Shown here: positions 18,457 through 31,765 of the stretch, piece by piece
How the letters are laid out: every line of letters starts with the position of its first letter
How positions within the stretch are numbered: position 1 is the first letter of the stretch
DNA from: Candidatus Aenigmatarchaeota archaeon
GTDB taxonomy: Archaea; Aenigmatarchaeota; Aenigmatarchaeia; CG10238-14; SCSR01
Length of the DNA: 64,000 bases
Direction of reading: 5' to 3'
NCBI GenBank assembly: GCA_030615205.1
Contig: JAUWZS010000001.1
Coordinates: 10,019-74,018 of the forward strand
The notes under the pieces: generated by a model
Told to the model about the DNA's origin: nothing
Database searches by the model: none
Seen by the model: the letters and a program-made list of their open reading frames with translations, nothing else
Program-made: the position numbers and the translations under genes

Positions 18457-18509
18457 GAATTATCAACGAAACTCGAAATCAAAAAAATTATGTTTTTATT
18501 TACGCTTAA

Positions 18510-19274
18510 ATGGAAAGTTATTATAGTGAATGTATGAACCCGTTTCTTTTAATAGCGCAGATAGGAATGTTGCTTGTCGGATTGGTTGCTGTGCTTTGGT
18601 GGAAAATAAACAAGAAGGTGAAGTGGAAGTATTTTTGTTTTGGAGCATTGTTGTGGATAATAGCCATAGTACCAAAAGTCATAATGGATTTTACAGTATC
18701 GGCTTATCTTTTAGTGTGGTTAAGCAGTTATGGAATTGCTGCGATGCTGGTTGGTATGGGACTATATGTTGGTCTTAGAACTGGATTTTTCGAATCTGGC
18801 TTTAGCTATCTGGCAATCGCAAAGACCAAATTCAGAAAAATGAAATTGAATGAAGCGCTGGCATTCGGCATAGGCTTCGGTTCGATAGAGGCGATTGCAA
18901 TAGGCCTTATAGGATTAATTAGTATGCTTGTTCTCATTTCAAATCCTGCACTGGTGGAACTTCTCCCGCCTGCCCAACAAGCAGCCTTAGATCTGCCGAC
19001 TATCCTAGTTTTTGCGCCAATTATAGAAAGGACGGCTGCAGTGATGATTCACGTGTTCAGTTCGATGCTTGTAGTCTATGCTGTTGTAAAAAGAAAAATA
19101 AATTACCTGTTCATTTCAATCTTGTTCAAAACTTTAGTGGATGGGATAATACCACTATTGACCTACGCCTTCGATTTAACAACAGTCACTGGGATATACA
19201 TGATTGAAATCCCGTTTGTTGTTCTCGGAGTGCTGGCCTTTTACGGAACAAAATTGGTCGCAAAGAAATTCTAA
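18510..19274 (+). CDS. polytopic membrane protein, possibly a YhfC-type intramembrane metalloprotease
   Basis: Six to seven TM segments. GFGSIEAIAIG and ERTAAVMIHVFSS resemble the conserved Glu/His pattern of the YhfC family, recalled from memory. Confidence 0.5.
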   Translation: MESYYSECMNPFLLIAQIGMLLVGLVAVLWWKINKKVKWKYFCFGALLWIIAIVPKVIMDFTVSAYLLVWLSSYGIAAMLVGMGLYVGLRTGFFESGFSYLAIAKTKFRKMKLNEALAFGIGFGSIEAIAIGLIGLISMLVLISNPALVELLPPAQQAALDLPTILVFAPIIERTAAVMIHVFSSMLVVYAVVKRKINYLFISILFKTLVDGIIPLLTYAFDLTTVTGIYMIEIPFVVLGVLAFYGTKLVAKKF

Positions 19275-19285
19275 TTCTAGAAAAA

Positions 19286-19963
19286 TTAGACAATCTTTAA
19301 AATCTCGCTGATATCATTTATCTCGTAGTCTGCTTTACCACGCTCTTCTCTGAATTGGCCGTACTTCGCAAGCACTGTATGCATGCCGAGCCTCTTTGCT
19401 GGCTTCACATCGCGGCTTATAGAATCTCCCACCATTAATATCTTGCTTGGTTTGAGTTTCAGTATCTTGAACGCTTTTTTAAACGGCATCTTCTTTAATT
19501 TCATCACACCTGTGTCTTCAAAAGCTATCACAAAATCAAAATATTTCTCCAGTCGCATGTCATAGAGCCTAGTCCAAGCCTGAAACTTGGGCGCGTCTGT
19601 AATTATCACCAGCTTATACTGCTTAGAAAGCGCGGCTAGTGTGCGACGCACGTTCGGATACGGTTTCAGCATACGTCGCTTGGCTTTTCTGTATGCAACA
19701 ACGCCGGCCGCCAGTATCCTAATATCCACGCTGCCAGCCGTCTTCTTCAGGAACTTGTCGAATATCTTTTGATCCTCTATGCCGTGCATCTTGAACAGCT
19801 CTTGGAGAACTGCCCATGCTTCTTTTTTATTCACTTTCAGCCCAGCTCGCACCATCGCTTTTATCGCTGCTTCGCTTGCTTTTCCTTTCATCCGCATAAA
19901 GTCTATCAGCGTGTTGTCCAGATCGAACACAATCGCTTTTATTTTTTTCATAGGTTTTTTCAC
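19286..19963 (-). CDS. HAD-superfamily hydrolase
   Basis: Motif I FDLDNTLIDF and motif IV MVGDSISRD. Confidence 0.85.
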   Translation of the reverse strand: MKKPMKKIKAIVFDLDNTLIDFMRMKGKASEAAIKAMVRAGLKVNKKEAWAVLQELFKMHGIEDQKIFDKFLKKTAGSVDIRILAAGVVAYRKAKRRMLKPYPNVRRTLAALSKQYKLVIITDAPKFQAWTRLYDMRLEKYFDFVIAFEDTGVMKLKKMPFKKAFKILKLKPSKILMVGDSISRDVKPAKRLGMHTVLAKYGQFREERGKADYEINDISEILKIV

Positions 19964-20274
19964 TCCGCTTGATCCAATTCTTTGGGAATAGGGTATAATC
20001 CTCCATCCCCTCCTTCTAAAAATATTAGTTTTTTAGATTTTATCATTAACTCGATTTTTCTGAATATCTCTCTTTTTATAATTCCCCTAGATTTTCTTGC
20101 TTTAGGAAGTCTATAGATACGCTCGTACTCGTCAACAACATCAGGTGCTAATATACCATTTTGTTCTTCAACTGCCCATAGGATAAATGCTCCAAGAGAT
20201 ACAGGTCTATAGGAAGATGATCTAGCGTAATTTCTTTTTGAGGGTACTGGGAATGCTCTATATGTAGGTAACAT
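19960..20274 (-). CDS. hypothetical protein
   Basis: 104-aa ORF with a 4-nt overlap onto the downstream HAD gene. No motif was recognised. Confidence 0.5.
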   Translation of the reverse strand: MLPTYRAFPVPSKRNYARSSSYRPVSLGAFILWAVEEQNGILAPDVVDEYERIYRLPKARKSRGIIKREIFRKIELMIKSKKLIFLEGGDGGLYPIPKELDQAE

Positions 20275-20319
20275 AGAAATTTGATAACATTTAAAACTTA
20301 AGAAATCTATGTGAGAAAA

Positions 20320-20412
20320 TTAATAACTCAACCGCACGAGCTTCGTCCCACATTCTGGGCATTTCTTATGTTTGTCGCTAAAACTTCGGTTGCATTTGTT
20401 GCAGTATTTCAT
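20320..20412 (-). CDS. 30-aa zinc-ribbon mini-protein
   Basis: Hand translation: MKYCNKCNRSFSDKHKKCPECGTKLVRLSY (CxxC...CxxC). It is below the ORF-track size cut-off. Confidence 0.4.
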   Translation of the reverse strand: MKYCNKCNRSFSDKHKKCPECGTKLVRLSY

Positions 20413-20519
20413 TAATTTACTTTTATTTTCGAGTTAATAATAAAGCAGGATATTTCATTCTAAGAAATGTTAGAAAAAAGTTGTGAACTACCATTTTTCG
20501 GATCAAACTATTTATCAAG

Positions 20520-23625
<3,106 letters not shown>

Positions 23626-24050
23626 CTTGACTAGTTTGATCCTATGGTAGTTTCATAATTAAATGGCTCATTTGAGACAGCTCGATCTTCAACCGCTAGC
23701 CACGCACATCTGTTCGCTTTTGTTTTTGTCCATGCGAACAACCCACTGTACGTTTGTCAGCCAGCGTCAGACGCTTCTGTTATATTCACAGCCTCAACTC
23801 TTCAACCCCGATGTTCAGTCAGGATTTGCATACTCAACAACAGCGCCAATGTCGCTATACATATAACTCATGTTATTGAGAATCCGCTCATACTGCAATC
23901 AAGCAGTGCACCTTTGCCACATAGCATCGCAAGGTGTCCTCTGTCATCATATCGAATCAGAAACAGAACACGCTCATCGCTAAACAAAGGTAAAACTGAG
24001 CGTTCCTACTCTTGCATAGCGACACCGGTAAGAATTATTTTGCACTGAGT

Positions 24051-24059
24051 ATTTATAAA
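24051..24059 (-). promoter_or_regulatory. TATA-like box (TTTATAAAT on the minus strand), candidate 23S promoter
   Basis: It sits about 420 nt upstream of the 23S 5' end, at the point where GC-richer leader-like sequence changes to AT-rich spacer. Confidence 0.3.
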
Positions 24060-24110
24060 GTTTATTGTTTTTGGAGCTTTGCACTTAAACCCCATCTTGC
24101 ACTTTAAGTC

Positions 24111-24160
24111 TGCGGGTTCAAATTCCACCTTGAGCGTCATAAGACTTAAATCTTTAAATT
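24111..24160 (+). repeat. tRNA 3'-half-like repeat unit, copy 1
   Basis: tgcgggttcaaattccaccttgagcgtc followed by acttaaatctttaa. It resembles the T-arm/acceptor of the tRNA at 62274 and the copy at 24992. Confidence 0.5.
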
Positions 24161-24175
24161 CCTATCTAAAAAAAC

Positions 24176-24565
24176 ATGGCACAATCATACTTTTCCAAAT
24201 TTGCAAAAGAACTATTGGATGTTCTTCATAAAAAGGGGTGGAATGTATATAGATCGCTTGATTTGATGAACGCAGAGGACATAATAAGACAGAACTTAGC
24301 TCAGTCTTTAGAGGTAGGTGGAAAATATGTACTTCTTCCTGTTGCAGATAATCCAAAAGACCCGAAACAGGTATTCGATGCATTGGAAAATCTTGCACAA
24401 AAACTTGATAGAAAAATGCCGACCATAACAGTGGGATGTGATTCTTATTCACTAACAGGATTCACGTTGAAGGAAAGTGATGTAAAAATTCATACACCTG
24501 AAGGAACAACCGTCTCTTACCCGATATTCATACGAGCTTTGGATTCTTTGATTCAAACAAAATAA
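24176..24565 (+). CDS. hypothetical protein
   Basis: 129-aa ORF with no motif recognised. Confidence 0.6.
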   Translation: MAQSYFSKFAKELLDVLHKKGWNVYRSLDLMNAEDIIRQNLAQSLEVGGKYVLLPVADNPKDPKQVFDALENLAQKLDRKMPTITVGCDSYSLTGFTLKESDVKIHTPEGTTVSYPIFIRALDSLIQTK

Positions 24566-24647
24566 TGTTGGGCTTTCTTAGCCCAGAGTGGCTTTGCACA
24601 TAAAGTCAAAATCAAGATTAAATATAAATATTGAAAATAAATTCTAA

Positions 24648-24956
24648 TTGATGTTTATGGAATTAAAAGAATTACAAAAATATGTAAGAGATTGGATTAA
24701 TAATGTAGGTGAGACTAATTGGACAAAATGGAATTATTTCTCAAGATTAGTAGAAGAGGTTGGGGAGGTTGGAGAACAGTTATCTTTGAGTGAAGGTGTT
24801 AAAAAACATAAAAAATTTGATAAAGATGTGCTTAAAGAAGAGATTGGTGATGTCCTGTTTGTCTTACTTGCATTATCAAATAAACTGGATATAGATTTAT
24901 CAGAGGCTTTTAATAAAGTTCGTGAAAAACATAAAAGAAAATTTGGCGATGTGTGA
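24648..24956 (+). CDS. MazG-like nucleotide pyrophosphohydrolase
   Basis: EEVGEVGEQL ... EEIGDVLFVLLALSNKLDIDL fits the EExxE...ExxD MazG pattern. The track start is TTG at 24648, and an ATG at 24651 is an alternative. Confidence 0.75.
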   Translation: MMFMELKELQKYVRDWINNVGETNWTKWNYFSRLVEEVGEVGEQLSLSEGVKKHKKFDKDVLKEEIGDVLFVLLALSNKLDIDLSEAFNKVREKHKRKFGDV

Positions 24957-24991
24957 ATATGAAAATAAGGGCAGTATGAATTCTCTTTCAG

Positions 24992-25045
24992 TGGCTTAAA
25001 ATCCTATCCTGGGCGTCTTAAAACTTAAAACTTAAATCTTTAATC
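24992..25045 (+). repeat. tRNA 3'-half-like repeat unit, copy 2
   Basis: tggcttaaaatcctatcctgggcgt followed by cttaaatctttaa. About 17 of 23 positions are identical to gggttcaaatcccatcgctggcg of the tRNA at 62274. Confidence 0.5.
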
Positions 25046-25069
25046 TTAGACTCAGTTATAGGTTAATAA

Positions 25070-25522
25070 TCAACTTGAATAATCTAACTTTTGTCTTTCT
25101 TCTTCAGAAATGTAGCCTTTCTTTTTAGCCCAACTCAATAAGGATAAGTTATGAATTACACCTGGTGGTCCTCTATCAAGTAATTTTAATGCTTCATGAT
25201 AAGTTTTTCCAAGAGACATATAGTAAGCCGCGCCTATAGCAACACTTCTGCTCGTTCCCGCTTCACAACAGACTAAAACTTTTCCTTTATCAATATATTT
25301 GTTAATGAATTCGATTGCAAGATCAAAAGCGTAATCAGAAATATAGTCATCGTCATATAGTTGCATTTCTAAGCAAGGTTTACCATCTCTTACTGTTTCC
25401 TCGCCTTTTCCATTTAAACAATTAATAACCGCGGCAGATTCGTTATAAGGAGAGGATTTTGTGTAGACCAAATCATCGAATGTCCCTATAACAATTTTTT
25501 TAGATTCCAAATTTTCTGACAT
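25070..25522 (-). CDS. dual-specificity (Cys-based) protein phosphatase
   Basis: The CX5R active site is VLVCCEAGTSRSVAIGAAYYM. Confidence 0.8.
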   Translation of the reverse strand: MSENLESKKIVIGTFDDLVYTKSSPYNESAAVINCLNGKGEETVRDGKPCLEMQLYDDDYISDYAFDLAIEFINKYIDKGKVLVCCEAGTSRSVAIGAAYYMSLGKTYHEALKLLDRGPPGVIHNLSLLSWAKKKGYISEEERQKLDYSS

Positions 25523-25592
25523 AGTTATTCAACTTACATTAAAAATATTTAATAATATGTTTATCATTTATTGAGCCCACAAAATTGAGGTG

Positions 25593-25617
25593 TTGTATCA
25601 ATTCTCATGCTGGGCGT
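25593..25617 (+). repeat. tRNA 3'-end-like fragment, copy 3
   Basis: ttgtatcaattctcatgctggGcgt compared with catcgctggcgt of the tRNA at 62274. Confidence 0.35.
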
Positions 25618-25658
25618 TTGAAACACTTTAATTCGGATAAAATAATCAATAAACTGTA

Positions 25659-25952
25659 TCATGCCATTTCTTGATTTTTCCCTAGTGCATGCTTGTACGT
25701 TTCGCGTCTTAATATAGCACTAGCTAATTTTGTTATTTCATTGTAGAATGGAGATGTACCACCACCAGTTAGAAACTCATTAGAAGCTGTTTCTGGATCT
25801 GAATAAATTTTAACAGCTTTAAGCAAAGACTCCCTTACAAAATCAGCACCATATCTAAGATTAAGTATCTTTATTCCATTCAGTATCTTTCTCTTTTCTA
25901 TAGACTCTATTCTCTCCAAATTCGCACGAATTTGAGGTATATCAATTATCAT
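25659..25952 (-). CDS. hypothetical protein
   Basis: 97-aa ORF with no motif recognised. Confidence 0.55.
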   Translation of the reverse strand: MIIDIPQIRANLERIESIEKRKILNGIKILNLRYGADFVRESLLKAVKIYSDPETASNEFLTGGGTSPFYNEITKLASAILRRETYKHALGKNQEMA

Positions 25953-26088
25953 TTGTTACGCCTCGTATAACTACTCTATAGTGACAATATATAAAGATTT
26001 CGGCAATGGCTTATATACGTTAACAGAAAGGCCTAAAAACAAATAGATACTCTCAACTGTAGAAGAAATCACTGTGCGCTGTAAAAAA

Positions 26089-26196
26089 CTAAAGTTTTAT
26101 TGTGCCCCTTGCCATCGTATGGGATTCTGCAACGTGTTTTTCTAGGTCAGCTCTGGTATCAAAAGTTGAATCACAAAACACACATTGTTCTGCCAT
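26089..26196 (-). CDS. 35-aa C2H2 zinc-finger mini-protein
   Basis: Hand translation: MAEQCVFCDSTFDTRADLEKHVAESHTMARGTIKL (CxxC-x12-HxxxxH). It is below the ORF-track cut-off. Confidence 0.45.
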   Translation of the reverse strand: MAEQCVFCDSTFDTRADLEKHVAESHTMARGTIKL

Positions 26197-26254
26197 GGCT
26201 CTCGCTACTTTATTAAAGGATGCTGAAAGATAAAAAGATTTGCGTATTGAAAAG

Positions 26255-26326
26255 TGGACCGACCGGGGCTCGAACCCGGAGCCTCTGCCTTGCAGGGACA
26301 GCGATCTACCATTGATCTATCGGCCC
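26255..26326 (-). tRNA. tRNA-Ala (UGC)
   Basis: Cloverleaf folded by hand, with a G3:U70 pair and A73. The anticodon stem is CTGTC/GGCAG and the loop is CCTGCAA, which places C rather than U at position 33. Confidence 0.85.
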
Positions 26327-26377
26327 ATGAATTATTATTTGTTATGACAAGTTATTTAAATTAACTTATCTTTTTTA

Positions 26378-26746
26378 TTACATCTTTTTTATTTCACCTT
26401 TAGAGGAAATAATTAATGGTCTAGATTCTGTTAAAGCTCTAGTGACTTTTTCTCTTGCACTTTCCAATAATCTCCACACTGTTCCACGCGAGGTCTCCAT
26501 CTTCTTTGCGACTTGTTCTTGTTTTAATTTTTCTAAATCAGTTAATCTCAGTACTTCGTATTCAGGATAAGTCAGCTCGATTGGTTGTGGATTTTTCATA
26601 GGAAGTGGCCTGAATTGTTTAGCATGTGGTATTTCTGATAAATATAAATCACCAAAAGGTCTTCCTGGACCTTCGCGTCTTAACGCCCACCTCCAACCTC
26701 TACCCCTTCCTCGCCCTCTTCCACGTCCTCTCCTTGGTCTTGGCAT
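26378..26746 (-). CDS. DUF134-family putative DNA-binding protein with an RG-repeat N-terminus
   Basis: MPRPRRGRGRGRGRGRGWRW... is followed by LTYPEYEVLRLTDLEKLKQEQVAKKMETSRGTVWRLLESAREKV (sigma-70 region-4-like HTH). The start is taken at the MPRPR Met, not the track start at 26791. Confidence 0.75.
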   Translation of the reverse strand: MPRPRRGRGRGRGRGRGWRWALRREGPGRPFGDLYLSEIPHAKQFRPLPMKNPQPIELTYPEYEVLRLTDLEKLKQEQVAKKMETSRGTVWRLLESAREKVTRALTESRPLIISSKGEIKKM

Positions 26747-26882
26747 AATAAAATAATGGAAATCGATAAATATAAATATTAGCATATGCACATAATTATT
26801 GTGTGTTATTGCACGTAATTAATAGTGTACAATAACACAAAAATAAAATAATAAAATAAAAATAGAAATGGAGGTGAAAAAT

Positions 26883-27170
26883 ATGCCAGGATTTGATAGA
26901 ACAGGCCCAAGAGGAGAAGGACCTTTAACTGGACGTGGTCTTGGACCATGCGGAAGAGGCTTAGGTTTTAGACGAGGTTTTGGTAGAGGCTTCGGTCGAG
27001 GACGTGGATTTGGATTCAGGCGAGCGTATGCGTATGATTATGGAGATGTTGCTCCAGTTGCACCAGCTTTGACAAAAGAACAGGAAAAAACTATGCTGGA
27101 AAGCGAGATGAAAATATTGCAGGAAGATCTCGAAGCTATAAAGAAAAGAATTAAGGAACTGGAAAAATAA
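26883..27170 (+). CDS. DUF5320-like protein with an RGG/FG-rich centre and a C-terminal coiled coil
   Basis: MPGFDRTGPRGEGPLTGRGLGPCGRGLGFRRGFGRGFGRGRGFGFRR... GGAGGTG lies 6 nt upstream. The track start at 26868 would include this SD. Confidence 0.7.
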   Translation: MPGFDRTGPRGEGPLTGRGLGPCGRGLGFRRGFGRGFGRGRGFGFRRAYAYDYGDVAPVAPALTKEQEKTMLESEMKILQEDLEAIKKRIKELEK

Positions 27171-27203
27171 GATTAGGCTGAAAAAAAAGAAGAGGTGAAA
27201 AAA

Positions 27204-27368
27204 ATGCCAAATGGTAGAGGAGGTATGAGAGGTTTTGCAATGGGACCAGATGGAGAATGTATATGCACTGATCCAAAATGTGGTTATACTATGTCACACG
27301 AAAGAGCAAAACCATGTTACGAAATGAAATGCCCTAAATGCGGAAGTTCTATGGTAAGAAAAAGTTAA
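27204..27368 (+). CDS. 54-aa zinc-ribbon protein with a DUF5320-like N-terminus
   Basis: Hand translation: MPNGRGGMRGFAMGPDGECICTDPKCGYTMSHERAKPCYEMKCPKCGSSMVRKS. GAGGTG lies upstream. It is below the ORF-track cut-off. Confidence 0.6.
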   Translation: MPNGRGGMRGFAMGPDGECICTDPKCGYTMSHERAKPCYEMKCPKCGSSMVRKS

Positions 27369-27441
27369 GACTAGGAGTAACGTAATTTTCTTTCGACCGT
27401 TCGTATTGATGCCTGAGGTAGAAACCCAACACACAAATATT

Positions 27442-29150
<1,709 letters not shown>

Positions 29151-29391
29151 GGCGGGTTTCTACCTCTAGGTTTCACCATCGAACGGCCGGAATTTAAAAA
29201 TCCGCAACCGGACAATTGAAAACCTACCCAGAACGCTACTCTGGATTTAAGCTTTCTATAACGTGAACTAAAAGAAGTATTTCATCTTTCTGCTGCAACT
29301 GTCATCATCAGTTCCAGCTCAGTCCCAAATTGCAAAAGGGACCAAATCTAACTTCAACGCCGTTCACGTGCAAAGTATAATTAGGAGATGA

Positions 29392-29401
29392 TTATATTTA
29401 A
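29392..29401 (-). promoter_or_regulatory. TATA-like box (TTTAAATATA on the minus strand), candidate 16S promoter
   Basis: It is about 240 nt upstream of the 16S 5' end and is the only strong TATA-like element in the spacer. Confidence 0.3.
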
Positions 29402-29420
29402 AGGTTTGGAAATCAAGAAA

Positions 29421-29978
29421 TCAAGCAGCCCTTAATCTACTGAAGATTTCTCCCTCAAATCTCAATAGAGCGTCTACAGCTGATTTAACTCCTCTGTCTT
29501 TCTTTTTGTCTTTTACAAGAGCGTCTGTTATAGTGGCTCCAAACTCGTGCAAATATCTCAAAAATAAGAACCCATCATATTTTATGTCAAGAAAATTTGG
29601 CTCTTCATAGTCCCAGCCAACCTTCCAATCATTTGGAATATGCTCTTTTATTTTATCAACTAGCCTCTTGCATTGGTAGTAGGACGGCACAAAAAGTATT
29701 TTTTTCCAACCACGCTCTTCACAAATTTCCATAGAATGTGTGACATTTTCTTCTGTGCTTGTAGCTTTTTCATCTATTATGATATGATTATCTTCTACTC
29801 CTTCATTTTTTAGATATTCGTACATGACGTTGTATTGCCGAACACCCGTGATTATTATGTGAGGGTTGTATCCTTTTTCTTTTAGTTCTCTGTATGATTT
29901 TAACGCTGGTCTTAGTCTGTCTTCTGAGCCCCTTGGTCCACCAGGCACAATTATTGCTATGTCATTTTCTCTTTTCAT
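29421..29978 (-). CDS. DUF218 (YdcF/ElyC-like) domain protein
   Basis: IIITGV...IIDEKATSTEENV...FVPSYYQCKR fits the DUF218 pattern (S.nT.EN). Confidence 0.65.
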   Translation of the reverse strand: MKRENDIAIIVPGGPRGSEDRLRPALKSYRELKEKGYNPHIIITGVRQYNVMYEYLKNEGVEDNHIIIDEKATSTEENVTHSMEICEERGWKKILFVPSYYQCKRLVDKIKEHIPNDWKVGWDYEEPNFLDIKYDGFLFLRYLHEFGATITDALVKDKKKDRGVKSAVDALLRFEGEIFSRLRAA

Positions 29979-30009
29979 GATAAAACGTCAGAAAATTAGA
30001 TATTTAAAA

Positions 30010-30771
30010 CTAAGTATTGTCCATAGGTCTATAGCCCAACATTTCTATAGCTGGTGAAAGATCGTAAACTTTGTATTTGTTGTTCGATGTTGCATAAAAT
30101 ATTGAAAAATTAGGTAAATCCTTTTCTATACACAATCTTACAAATTGAGTACAGTCTCTATGACTAAGATATATTGAGTCATAGCTTGGTACACCTACGT
30201 CTGATGTGTCTGCTGCATTTATACCACCAAATCTTATGCATATAACCTTCAGCCCACGCTCTGCATATTTTCTACTTATATCTTCCATCCACAGTTTTGT
30301 TTCACCATATGGACTGTCCGGATTTTGTGAATCAATCTCAATCAAGAGAAGCTTTTTTGGTAATTTTCCATAGTCTTCACGTGCAATAAAACAATAAGGC
30401 TCTTTTTTCCAATCTACACCAGCCGCGTGCACAGAACTTGCCATTATCACTCTAGGATGCGGCTCAACTTCCAAGGCTGCTTTGTAGACGTTCTTTATCA
30501 TACTTTTATTTTCTGGTAATGCTACAGCACTTGTAATATCTTCTTCCGTATTCCACGCAAGATGAATAACTGCATCGTGTCCATTCAAAATTTCTTTAAA
30601 TCTTTTATATTCTTTTGCCAAGTCTAACTGGTAAAAATTTGGCGAGTGGATAGGTTTTATGTCTACAAGAGTAAGTTCATATTCTTTCAAGTGTTTTCTT
30701 AAAACTGTTCCTATTACTCCTACAGCACCTGTTATTAAAACCTTTTTTCTCATGAGATGAATACTAAACAA
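30010..30771 (-). CDS. NAD-dependent epimerase/dehydratase family protein
   Basis: Rossmann motif KKVLITGAVGVIGTVL and a YxxxK-like YGETK. The probable start is MRKKVL at 30753. Confidence 0.8.
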   Translation of the reverse strand: MFSIHLMRKKVLITGAVGVIGTVLRKHLKEYELTLVDIKPIHSPNFYQLDLAKEYKRFKEILNGHDAVIHLAWNTEEDITSAVALPENKSMIKNVYKAALEVEPHPRVIMASSVHAAGVDWKKEPYCFIAREDYGKLPKKLLLIEIDSQNPDSPYGETKLWMEDISRKYAERGLKVICIRFGGINAADTSDVGVPSYDSIYLSHRDCTQFVRLCIEKDLPNFSIFYATSNNKYKVYDLSPAIEMLGYRPMDNT

Positions 30772-30795
30772 TAAACTTTAAGAATTCAAATGGAG

Positions 30796-30867
30796 GGCCC
30801 GAACCGGGGATCGAACCCGGGTCAAGGGATCCACAGTCCCCTACTCTACCATTGAGCTATTCGGGCC
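30796..30867 (-). tRNA. tRNA-His (GUG) with a genome-encoded G-1
   Basis: Anticodon loop CTGTGGA. The extra 5' G pairs with C73. Confidence 0.9.
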
Positions 30868-30877
30868 ATTATTTGAT

Positions 30878-31016
30878 GCTGGTGGTGGGATTTGAACCCA
30901 CGACCTCCGCGAATCACCTTTTATCTTTGTATTTCATTCGGCTGCTCTCGAAACAACCGTCAACGCTCATAAAAGTTTATGAGCACGGCGTTATAGCCAG
31001 ACTAAACTACACCAGC
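30878..31016 (-). tRNA. tRNA with CAU anticodon (elongator Met or Ile2) carrying a canonical-position intron of about 65 nt
   Basis: Acceptor GCTGGTG/CACCAGC, anticodon stem CCGTG/CGCGG, and loop CTCATA followed by the intron. The intron begins with a sequence complementary to the anticodon region (ctcataaacttttatgag). Confidence 0.85.
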
Positions 31017-31129
31017 TTAAACATTGGCGTAATTAACGTAAATAACTTACATTAACTTAACCTAATAAAATATTATTAAATTTAAATAAATTAAGAGTAG
31101 GGAAAATTAAAACAGTCTATGGAGGAGCG

Positions 31130-31765
31130 ATGTTGATGAAGATAATTGTTGTATCTGTTCCTGGAGCTGGTAAATCTACTATCTTAGAGCTTGTAAAGAA
31201 AAAGGTGCCTAGAGTAAAAATTGTGAGTGTTGGAGATGTAATGTTTGAACTTGCAAAGAAAAAATTCAAATTAAAAGATAGGGATGAAATAAGAAAGAAG
31301 TTGTCGATAAAAGATTGGAAATATGTTCAGGGGTTAACAGCCAAGAAAATTTCTAAAATAAAAAGCAAAATATTGATTATAGACACTCACTTGGCCCTAA
31401 AATCCCCTCATGGTTATTTTCCAGGATTACCAGATTATATTGTGAAGCTAATTAAGCCAGATAGATTAATCGTGTTAGAATTTAACCCAGATGATGTTCT
31501 TGCAAGAAGAAAGAAGGATTTGAAATTGAAAAAACCAGAGTCCACAGAAATAGGAACAATTAGAGTGCCGAGAAAAAAAAGAGATATAGAAACAAAAAAA
31601 GCTATAGAAGAGCATCAAAAAATTAATAGGGAATATGCGTATGTAGTTGGAAACGTTGCAAATTGTACTGTAAAAATTATTGACTTAAGATTTAAACAAA
31701 AAAAATCATATGAACAAGCATATAAAGGAGCAGAAAAAATTATCGAGGAATTGAAAAATGATTGA
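31130..31765 (+). CDS. adkA: archaeal-type adenylate kinase
   Basis: VSVPGAGKST P-loop. DTHLALKSPHGYFPGLPDYIV matches the archaeal AdkA pattern DTH..v.TP.GYLPGLP. Confidence 0.85.
   Translation: MLMKIIVVSVPGAGKSTILELVKKKVPRVKIVSVGDVMFELAKKKFKLKDRDEIRKKLSIKDWKYVQGLTAKKISKIKSKILIIDTHLALKSPHGYFPGLPDYIVKLIKPDRLIVLEFNPDDVLARRKKDLKLKKPESTEIGTIRVPRKKRDIETKKAIEEHQKINREYAYVVGNVANCTVKIIDLRFKQKKSYEQAYKGAEKIIEELKND

Noticed and set aside
24111-24141. Possible tRNA gene (GGGTTCAAAT T-loop signature)
   Set aside because: The T stem does not pair (tgcgg against ttcca). No acceptor 5' strand, D arm or anticodon arm can be found upstream. I treat it as a tRNA-derived fragment or repeat instead.
30852-31055. 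67-aa ORF on the plus strand
   Set aside because: It runs antisense across tRNA-His and the intron-containing tRNA(CAU), so the tRNA genes explain the region.
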